A stretch of 64,000 bases of DNA from an uncultured virus (IMG/VR IMGVR_UViG_3300005356_000004) (lineage: Duplodnaviria > Heunggongvirae > Uroviricota > Caudoviricetes): the IMG/VR virus record IMGVR_UViG_3300005356_000004; one strand, written 5' to 3'. Each line of letters begins with the position of its first letter. The stretch's first letter is position 1. The notes under the pieces were generated by a model. That model did not search any database. It saw only the letters and a program-made list of their open reading frames with translations, and was not told where the DNA came from. The translations under genes and the position numbers were made by a program. Below, piece by piece: positions 56,661 through 63,689 of this stretch.

Positions 56661-57851
56661 CTACCTTATCACGGCCGTCACGTTGTGCTTCCACACCGGC
56701 TCACCATCACCCCGGATGTAGGCATCAACCCAGATCTTCCGGTGGCTCTCCAGGTTCCAGGACCCGTCCTCGTTATAGGCGGGACCGAGGGACGAGTACC
56801 ACTGCATCTTCGGGTGTCCCCGCACGATCACGGCCGGGCGGCTCCAGCGGAGGCCGTCCGACTCCATGGGATGACGGTCATCGAAGCGCTGGCGCCCCTC
56901 GTAACGGCGGACGTGGATGACCTTGTACTGCTCGCCCTCCAGCGGGTGCTTCCGTAAGCGGTCGAACTGGCGCCGCTCGTGCCGCTTGGGGATCCACGGG
57001 TCACGGGGGAGGATCCGCTGCCACATCAACCGGAACAGCGACAGCAGGATGCGCCGGACCCGCTCAGCATTGGTGCCCTCGGTGTAATGCAACATCGGCC
57101 CGAATGGGACCGCCATGAGCGCCATGGGAAGCACCTGCGGCCTGCCCCGATTGAGCCAAGCGCCTTCCTCGACCAAGTACATCCCAGCGTCATAGAGCGG
57201 CACAACTACCAGAGCACCGTGCTCCTTGGTCTGCTTGGTGACCGTCTCGACTTTCTCCGGACTGTCATCAACCAGTTTGTATTCGGCAACAATCTTCTTG
57301 TAGTCGGTGACATAGGTGCCATCCCGACCCATGAACGCATAGGCGAACCCGGCGATCTGCATCATCTCGCGCATCGGGTCACCCACCTCGAACAGGTCGT
57401 CCTGAAGGGTGTGCTCGAACAGGATGACGCCGCCGTTGTCCGGCACGTCCGTCAGGTGGAAGAAGTCGGCGCCGAACTCCGTCTTGGAGAGGTTGTCCAC
57501 GATGTGCAGCATGTCGCTGGAAACATAGGTGGTGGAGTTGTGGGCAAAGAGGGAGATCTGAGTCGCCCGGACCGCCATGCGCTCCTCTTCGTTGTATGAC
57601 TTCCGAGGGTTGCGCTCAGGATCCGTGTAGGCCCGGTACAACCGAGCCACGTGGTCCTCGCCGTGGGGTGAGAGCAGCCAGTTGTACATCTTCAGGTGCG
57701 CTTCCAGCGCCTGCCCCGGCGATCGGATGGGCTTGGGCCGCGGCCGGTCCAGATCGATGACCAACGGGTCCCGATCAGGAATGGGGTAGATGACGAGGTT
57801 GTCTCCTACCACATCCAGCCGGGTGTGGAAGTCTTCTTCGGGCACCGACAA
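56661..57851 (-). CDS. hypothetical phage protein (C-terminal VRGH motif family)
   Basis: 396-aa ORF with WS....IVRGH...QWY...HRKIWV..YIRG. Confidence 0.75.
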   Translation of the reverse strand: MSVPEEDFHTRLDVVGDNLVIYPIPDRDPLVIDLDRPRPKPIRSPGQALEAHLKMYNWLLSPHGEDHVARLYRAYTDPERNPRKSYNEEERMAVRATQISLFAHNSTTYVSSDMLHIVDNLSKTEFGADFFHLTDVPDNGGVILFEHTLQDDLFEVGDPMREMMQIAGFAYAFMGRDGTYVTDYKKIVAEYKLVDDSPEKVETVTKQTKEHGALVVVPLYDAGMYLVEEGAWLNRGRPQVLPMALMAVPFGPMLHYTEGTNAERVRRILLSLFRLMWQRILPRDPWIPKRHERRQFDRLRKHPLEGEQYKVIHVRRYEGRQRFDDRHPMESDGLRWSRPAVIVRGHPKMQWYSSLGPAYNEDGSWNLESHRKIWVDAYIRGDGEPVWKHNVTAVIR

Positions 57852-57870
57852 AGATTACCAATGTTGTGAC

Positions 57871-57900
57871 TTGCAACGCAAGGCATCGGAACCCTACGAT
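57871..57900 (+). promoter_or_regulatory. promoter starting the plus-strand block, with an operator-like site
   Basis: TTGCAA-18 nt-TACGAT, ATG 8 nt later; AGGCATCGGAACCCT at 57881-95. Confidence 0.65.
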
Positions 57901-57908
57901 GTGCGGCA

Positions 57909-58199
57909 ATGTACGACGAGTGCAAAGCCATCGGCCACGCCATGGACCACGTGCCCAGCGACTGGACGCCACGATGGGGCATACCGCTAACCGTGCGCTG
58001 CATGCGTTGCAGCGCCGAGCGCCGGGACATCATCGATGCCCAGGGCAACCTGTCAAGCCGTCGCTACATCTATCCGGACGGCTACAAGGAATGGCGTGGT
58101 GACCACGTCGGCATGAAGAAGCCCCAGTACCGGCTGTGGCTTCTGGAGCAGGAGATGGCTGCGCTCACACGCAGGAACAAGCGACGGGCGGCATCATGA
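57909..58199 (+). CDS. zinc-binding hypothetical protein
   Basis: CKAIGH...RCMRC...RRY.YPDGY. Confidence 0.7.
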   Translation: MYDECKAIGHAMDHVPSDWTPRWGIPLTVRCMRCSAERRDIIDAQGNLSSRRYIYPDGYKEWRGDHVGMKKPQYRLWLLEQEMAALTRRNKRRAAS

Positions 58200-58678
58200 C
58201 AGATACCAGTGACAACGGTGTGTTGACGGAACCAACCAGGGCACAGGAGATGGCTGAGCAGATCTCCCAGCCCAAGAAGACGTACCCCTCGCAGACCAAG
58301 AAGGCCCGGTGCCCGGTCTGCAAGAAGCCGCAGTACACCCGGGACATGGGCAACCACCTCCGGCAGGTTCACAAGATCCCGGTGCCCGCCCGCCAGCGCG
58401 ACGCTCACGAGTGGGCGGCGAACTGGATCAAAGAGCAGGACGCCTACAAGGATGGCCCCCGCAAGGCCCCTCCGGCCAAGGTGGCGGCACCGGCCAAGAC
58501 CCCCGCACCTCCCAAGGTGCAGCATGACGTGATTCCGACATCAGAAGACGTCACCATCGCCATCGTCCGCTCATTGTTCGACGGCGATTTCCCGATCAAG
58601 CACCTCCGGGCCATCATGCACCTGGAGACAGCCGTCAGTGACTTCCTGAAGGAGATCGCTCTTGCCCAACACACCTGA
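58196..58678 (+). CDS. C2H2 zinc-finger-containing protein
   Basis: CPVC...MGNHLRQVH; ATGA coupling. Confidence 0.65.
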   Translation: MTDTSDNGVLTEPTRAQEMAEQISQPKKTYPSQTKKARCPVCKKPQYTRDMGNHLRQVHKIPVPARQRDAHEWAANWIKEQDAYKDGPRKAPPAKVAAPAKTPAPPKVQHDVIPTSEDVTIAIVRSLFDGDFPIKHLRAIMHLETAVSDFLKEIALAQHT

Positions 58679-59426
58679 TCCACTGGCCCGCTGTAAGACC
58701 TGTGGCAACCACAACATCAACTGCATCTGCGAGCCTGAGGTCACCACGCAATGGTGCTTCTTGGGCGAGCCCAACCTGATCGCCTCGTTTGTCTACGCCA
58801 ACAGCCACCTGTACGAAGAGAGCACCCTCTTCGCCACCATCGAGTACGAGACCATGTCCATCCGCACCTCGACCGGGTCACGGATGATCTACTCCAGCCG
58901 TCCCCAGCCCGACATCCCGAGATTGGTTCCAGCAACAGCCAACTACGTCATCGTCCCGATACTGCCGCCGGAGAAGCCGGGACGTGACTTTGTGGCCAGA
59001 GCACTCCACATCGCTGAGACGAGCCGTATCCCAGACTGCTACCTACGACAGGCCAAGGATCTCTGGTACTACACCACGAGGAACGCAACAGGTACCCCGC
59101 CCTGGGTGGACCGTTCCGTACCGCCGCCTCGTGGGATGGCGAGTGGTGGTGTCGGCCACAGTGGTGTTCGAGCCGGAGGCGGTGGCAGTGGCTACTCCTT
59201 CGCGGCCAGCGGTGGTAGTGCCAACGGCTTCGTGTGGAACGGCGCTCCTGTCAAGTTCGGACCGATAGGCGGTGGTGGCGGTGGTGTCGTCAACAACGAG
59301 CCCATCACCATCATGTACGACGAGTTGGCAACGCTGGACCCACAGGTGCTGGAGAACCTGAAGAAGATGGTCGCCAAGAAGAGCCTCGACAAGCCCATCA
59401 GCCTGAAGGACATCACCAACTCATGA
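58662..59426 (+). CDS. hypothetical protein with Gly-rich region
   Basis: AAGGAG SD before the TTG; overlaps both neighbours. Confidence 0.55.
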   Translation: MPNTPDPLARCKTCGNHNINCICEPEVTTQWCFLGEPNLIASFVYANSHLYEESTLFATIEYETMSIRTSTGSRMIYSSRPQPDIPRLVPATANYVIVPILPPEKPGRDFVARALHIAETSRIPDCYLRQAKDLWYYTTRNATGTPPWVDRSVPPPRGMASGGVGHSGVRAGGGGSGYSFAASGGSANGFVWNGAPVKFGPIGGGGGGVVNNEPITIMYDELATLDPQVLENLKKMVAKKSLDKPISLKDITNS

Positions 59427-59728
59427 GCAAGCAAGATCCCACCTGGCACAACATCGCCGTCGCAGCCCGTGCTGCCGGTATCAACATCGACTACTTCCTG
59501 GAGGTCACCCAACAGCGCCTGGAAGATGCCTTGACCGACATCCTCGCCCAGGTACGTGGCATCCCCACGTACGAGGCCAGGCGGATCGTGCTCACCAACC
59601 CCGAGGCCAGTGGCCAACTGCGCGCTCTCGTGCAGGCAGCCCTGCAAGCGTGCTTCGGGGAGCCAGTTGCTGTATCAGCAGAGCAGTTGCGACTCCCGTT
59701 CGAGGAAGGATTCGATGAGGGTCGCTGA
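59423..59728 (+). CDS. hypothetical protein
   Basis: ATGA coupling; MSKQDPTW. Confidence 0.6.
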   Translation: MSKQDPTWHNIAVAARAAGINIDYFLEVTQQRLEDALTDILAQVRGIPTYEARRIVLTNPEASGQLRALVQAALQACFGEPVAVSAEQLRLPFEEGFDEGR

Positions 59729-59789
59729 AGGACCCAACCCACCCGGCGGCTCCAGACCCCGGCCTCCATGACCTTTCGTAGAAGGTTGC

Positions 59790-60146
59790 ATGTATGTCAA
59801 GCCACCGTTCGACCTGGAGAAGCGGGAGTGGACCGAGAAGGCCGCTTGCATCGGCATGGATCCAGTCCTCTTCATCCCAGACTTCCCTGACGAGACTGAC
59901 GGTCGCGGGATCATGCCGGATCCCGCCGCCTTCAGCGCCTGTGCCACGTGCTACTGGACACAGGCATCTGTCAACCCATGCCTGTCATGGGCCGTCCTCC
60001 ATGGTGAGAACGGCCTGTGGGGCGGTGTAGTACTCACCAAGGGGAAGAGCCGCATGCTCTCCCGAGGGGACGTCTTCCGGTCCCTCACCTACCCGGCCCG
60101 CGCCCTCGTGCGCCATCCTCCACGGGACTGGGACACCCGTGATTGA
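59790..60146 (+). CDS. whiB: WhiB-family transcription factor
   Basis: W...AAC...DP.LF...ACATC...CL.WA...E.GLWGG: four Cys plus the GxWGG turn. Confidence 0.88.
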   Translation: MYVKPPFDLEKREWTEKAACIGMDPVLFIPDFPDETDGRGIMPDPAAFSACATCYWTQASVNPCLSWAVLHGENGLWGGVVLTKGKSRMLSRGDVFRSLTYPARALVRHPPRDWDTRD

Positions 60147-60272
60147 TTCCGCTAACATCATTGACATTGACGATTTGAGCCAGCACCAGAGCCTGCTGTC
60201 AATGTCAATGCGTCCGGAAACAAGGTGATGTTGTCGGAAGCAACACCATATCCATCTCGACCATGAAAAGTG

Positions 60273-61049
60273 TCAATGCCGCACCTGTCGGGCACCCCAA
60301 TCGGACAACCACTGCGACCGTGAGCGCTGTGGCGGCTCCATCCCCGGCAGGTGCGGCTGCTCGATCTGGTCGACGTACCTGGTCGTCTGCTTGCCACGGA
60401 GCACAGAGCGCACGAGGTTCCGCCCAGCCTTGTGCTCGTGCGGCGTGATGTCGGTAGCACCCCAGACGTACAGCGCCTCCGGCCGTTGGTACTCCGACTT
60501 CACAAACTCGTGCTCGTTGGTGACAGCAGTAGGTGCTGATGCCGGAACCACACCCTTGCGTTGGAAGTGCTGCACCATCCGGGACGAGTGTTCACTGAGA
60601 TCGTCCGGTGGCTGGAGTTCCCGCCCGCGCATGCGTGAGTCGTTGGCAGCAACACCGAGCAACGTCGGCGCGTGGATGCGCCCCTCCTTGGTGGAGAACA
60701 GCGAGTACACCACATCGTTCCCCTGGGTGTGCTCCAGGTTGAACAACCGGCCGCTCTCGTGCGGATCCTGATGGGTGTGCGAACGATAGACGTTGCTCCC
60801 CATCGGATGCTCCTTCGAGCGACGACCGCCGTATCCGTAGATCTCCTCGGCCTGGTGCTGGGGGTACTGGATCTGTGTGACGTCATCACCATGGTGCACC
60901 TGAAGATGCGCCGCCCGCATGCCGAACACGTCCCCCCGATCGCTCTGCTCCAGATCGGTGTAGGCCGTGTAGTCAGTCGTGGGACCACCGATGAGGCCAC
61001 CGGATTTCCGAGTGACCTGCACCTTGGGGAACTGCCTGCCCATGTCCAC
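60273..61049 (-). CDS. hypothetical protein, possible degenerate GNAT fold
   Basis: Lone minus-strand gene in a plus-strand block; M(DM)GRQF N-terminus; aligns loosely with 34611-35201. Confidence 0.65.
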   Translation of the reverse strand: MDMGRQFPKVQVTRKSGGLIGGPTTDYTAYTDLEQSDRGDVFGMRAAHLQVHHGDDVTQIQYPQHQAEEIYGYGGRRSKEHPMGSNVYRSHTHQDPHESGRLFNLEHTQGNDVVYSLFSTKEGRIHAPTLLGVAANDSRMRGRELQPPDDLSEHSSRMVQHFQRKGVVPASAPTAVTNEHEFVKSEYQRPEALYVWGATDITPHEHKAGRNLVRSVLRGKQTTRYVDQIEQPHLPGMEPPQRSRSQWLSDWGARQVRH

Positions 61050-61107
61050 CGCACCAGCGTACGTCCTGGTAGCACCTTGGTCGAGAACCTGTTAGGGTAC
61101 CGTTCCC

Positions 61108-61527
61108 ATGCCTGCACCACTGATCGACCAAATCGCCGTGGACCACGTGTTCCACGACTGCCTGTACCAGCCCGAGGAAGTGTCGGTCGACAAGAAGTCG
61201 CCCGAGGATGCCGTCATCGTGCAGGGCGTGATGCACACCTTCGGCTTCCACCCGCAGCGCCTGGAGTCTCACCGGGCCGAGGTCAAGGGCTGGCTCGATG
61301 ACCTTCCCGTGAAGTTCCGAGCCAGCAGCGGAGGCGGGTGGTCGTTCCTCAACCTCTGCGAGGACCGCAACGGCACCCAGTGGACCGGCTTACACTTAGC
61401 GTGTGAACAACTGATCACGATGGCCATCGGGCTGGGTCTCGGAGAGTACCCCCTACCCCGCGAACTGTGGGACGTCGCTCCCGGCGGAATGCCGTACTTC
61501 ACCTACCTCGACAAGGAGCCGGTGTGA
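61108..61527 (+). CDS. conserved hypothetical phage protein
   Basis: GGGWSFLNLCEDRNGTQWTG.H...EQL...PGGMPY. Confidence 0.75.
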   Translation: MPAPLIDQIAVDHVFHDCLYQPEEVSVDKKSPEDAVIVQGVMHTFGFHPQRLESHRAEVKGWLDDLPVKFRASSGGGWSFLNLCEDRNGTQWTGLHLACEQLITMAIGLGLGEYPLPRELWDVAPGGMPYFTYLDKEPV

Positions 61528-61973
61528 CCATCAACAGTGCCAGCATCCAGCGGATCGTCGGGGTGAAGGAGAACATGGCGAACCGCTACATGGCCTTGAT
61601 CCGGCGCTCCCGGCTCTCGCCGGAGATGTTCATCTCCCTCACCGACGAGGAGTTGTTCAACATCGCCAACTACGGGGCGAAGGCACACGAGATCACCGTG
61701 GCATTGCGAAACGAGGCCGGGACCTACCCCGAGCACGCCAAGATCGCCCGCCATCGGGACGAGCACGAGGCCATCGTCTCGTTCGTCTCGTTCCTTGATG
61801 ACAGTGACACACACTCCATCTGCCATTGGAGCGGGTCGGAGTGGAAAGCCTTGGGCGAGACTGGCCTGGCCAAGTTGATCGCTGTGTACTTCGATATCGA
61901 CTACAACAAGTTCCTGGACGAGAAGGACGTCATGCTGGCCGAGATCCGGAAGGCGCACGATGATCACACATGA
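61524..61973 (+). CDS. protein with N-terminal RNA polymerase alpha-CTD-like motif
   Basis: LTDEELFNIANYGAKAHEI resembles the alpha-CTD sequence DLLDIRNFGAKSIDEV; GTGA coupling. Confidence 0.55.
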   Translation: MTINSASIQRIVGVKENMANRYMALIRRSRLSPEMFISLTDEELFNIANYGAKAHEITVALRNEAGTYPEHAKIARHRDEHEAIVSFVSFLDDSDTHSICHWSGSEWKALGETGLAKLIAVYFDIDYNKFLDEKDVMLAEIRKAHDDHT

Positions 61974-62301
61974 GTACGCCGCTCTGGTTACACGCCAGCG
62001 CCAGGCATCCTTCATCGAGATGCTGTGCGGCGGCGCCTTCTTCCTGGGCTACCCGGACCGCTGGTTCGAGGAGCCCGGACCGTACTTCCGCTGCACCAAG
62101 GGCCACGTGTCACACCGTGTTCTGTTGACAGAGCACGGTGACCGGTGCCTGGCTGCCCATTGCTACAAGCAACTCATGATCACCTTTCCCGAGGACGTAG
62201 AGGAGTACGTGCCGTGGGAGCACCTGAGCGCCCAGGATCGCTGCCGCCTGCTGGCTGCCCTGGAAGGCCGATACCCTGGCGCCGAGTTGGAATCCGAGTA
62301 A
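61960..62301 (+). CDS. hypothetical zinc-binding protein
   Basis: CTKGH...CLAAHC. Confidence 0.6.
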   Translation: MITHEYAALVTRQRQASFIEMLCGGAFFLGYPDRWFEEPGPYFRCTKGHVSHRVLLTEHGDRCLAAHCYKQLMITFPEDVEEYVPWEHLSAQDRCRLLAALEGRYPGAELESE

Positions 62302-62321
62302 AGGTACGGTATCATAAAGAG

Positions 62322-62579
62322 ATGCGAGCCATCCTGGGCATCGACCCACCCGACGACGACTTCGATCACTGGACAGTCTCCAGCGATCTGCGGAAGCCCG
62401 GCTCTGGCTTCAGTGACGATGCAAACTACGAGGCGCAAGACACGTTCAAGTCGCAGTTCCCCGACGTAGAGTTCGACTGCGAGGAGTCCTGCTTCTTCGC
62501 CTACTCCAAAGATGCCGAGACCGCTCAGCGTCTTGTTGACACCCTCACAGCATGGGTCGAGAAGAGAGAAGCCCAGTAA
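62322..62579 (+). CDS. acidic hypothetical protein, probably leaderless
   Basis: TTGGAA-17-TATCAT lies 6 nt before the ATG; FDCEESCFFAY. Confidence 0.6.
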   Translation: MRAILGIDPPDDDFDHWTVSSDLRKPGSGFSDDANYEAQDTFKSQFPDVEFDCEESCFFAYSKDAETAQRLVDTLTAWVEKREAQ

Positions 62580-62785
62580 TGCCGCCCGTGATTCCCACCG
62601 CCCCCTACTCGGAGTGGACTGTTGACACACCACTGCACGAGTTGATCTACGAGGCGCTCGGTGCCGCTTCGATGTGCTGGGAGCATCCCGAGCGGGCCGG
62701 GATCTTCGACGCCGAGCAGGCCAACGCCATCGGTGAAGCAGTCATGACGATCCTGCGCGCCAAGCAGATCGGCTTGTCGTCATGA
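62579..62785 (+). CDS. hypothetical protein
   Basis: TAATG coupling; ALGAASMCWE...AGIFD. Confidence 0.65.
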   Translation: MPPVIPTAPYSEWTVDTPLHELIYEALGAASMCWEHPERAGIFDAEQANAIGEAVMTILRAKQIGLSS

Positions 62786-63063
62786 GCAAGAAGGATGACG
62801 AGGCCTTCGCGAAGTGGGTCGAGGAGCAGGTCGTCAAGCCGATGTCAGACTCCAAGATGGTCATCGGCATCTACACCGGCAAGGTCGACGTGAAGTTGGC
62901 CGTCGAGTTGGGAGCCTCCCTACTGCTCGACAAGCCGATCATCCTCTGCGTGACCCCCGGCACTGTTGTATCCGACAACCTCGTGCGAGTGGCAAAGCAC
63001 ATCATCGAGATGACAGACGGCTGGGAGAAGCGGCTGCCCGACATCTTGGGGGAGATCCTGTGA
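62782..63063 (+). CDS. hypothetical protein, possible small Rossmannoid fold
   Basis: AVELGASLLLDKPIIL resembles nucleoside deoxyribosyltransferase-like motifs. Confidence 0.6.
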   Translation: MSKKDDEAFAKWVEEQVVKPMSDSKMVIGIYTGKVDVKLAVELGASLLLDKPIILCVTPGTVVSDNLVRVAKHIIEMTDGWEKRLPDILGEIL

Positions 63064-63212
63064 GGAACGAGATCCGGCGCGCTACCCACAAGGCCGAGAT
63101 CCGACTGTCGTGGGATGGCCTCACCGAGTGGCACGAACTGGACGCTGCTGTACGCAACAAGGCGAGGGACCTGATGGATGAACTGTGTGACCTACTGGCG
63201 GCGCAGCCATGA
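63060..63212 (+). CDS. small hypothetical protein
   Basis: GTGA coupling; GGAG SD. Confidence 0.5.
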   Translation: MRNEIRRATHKAEIRLSWDGLTEWHELDAAVRNKARDLMDELCDLLAAQP

Positions 63213-63341
63213 CCTCCGGGGGAGACGATCGGCCCGTAGTCGGAGAGGCGGATCGCAACCGCCCTACCGCTGTGGGGAACGACAGCCGCAAGCCGACCGC
63301 TCTCCGGTACACCCGGAATGCCCAACCCGATAGGAGACCTC

Positions 63342-63476
63342 ATGAAGAAGCGTCTGTGTGCTGCACTCAGCATCCTGGCCCTGACTGCCGCCTGCGTCGT
63401 CGGTACTGCCGAGGGCGCCAGCGCCACCCGCAACCCGAAGCCATGGTGCCACCCGTGCAAGGGGATCACCCCGTAG
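63342..63476 (+). CDS. 44-aa secreted peptide precursor
   Basis: AGGAGA SD; MKKRLCAALSILALTAACVVGTAEGASA-TRNPKPWCHPCKGITP. Too short for the supplied ORF track. Confidence 0.6.
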   Translation: MKKRLCAALSILALTAACVVGTAEGASATRNPKPWCHPCKGITP

Positions 63477-63653
63477 CACGTCAATGTCAATGACTACAAA
63501 TGTGGATAAAGCGGTTTCACCGCGGCGTGAGACCGCTCACACAGCGTGGCGGTTTGAGGGCCTGATATGGCTGGGTATGGTCGGCTGATGGGCACCATGG
63601 CATTGATAATAGCAACAATGCTGATCCTCCTCTGGACGTTCCGTTGACGTGAG

Positions 63654-63682
63654 ATGACAAGGGTTCGGAACCCTGCTACACT
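63654..63682 (+). promoter_or_regulatory. promoter with a perfect palindromic operator in its spacer
   Basis: ATGACA-AGGGTTCGGAACCCTGC(17)-TACACT; ATG 7 nt later. Confidence 0.7.
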
Positions 63683-63689
63683 TCCGGGC

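Larger units (their letters stand above)
3203..63490. repeat. dispersed 12-bp motif YTGACAYTGACR, 13 copies
   Basis: Plus orientation: 3203, 12297, 30586, 48875, 52964, 60161. Minus orientation: 14207, 17132, 31124, 37282, 53885, 60197, 63479. Confidence 0.85.

Noticed and set aside
63490..63648. Tiny hydrophobic ORFs after the secreted peptide
   Set aside because: Under 35 aa, no convincing SD or motif, atypical codons.
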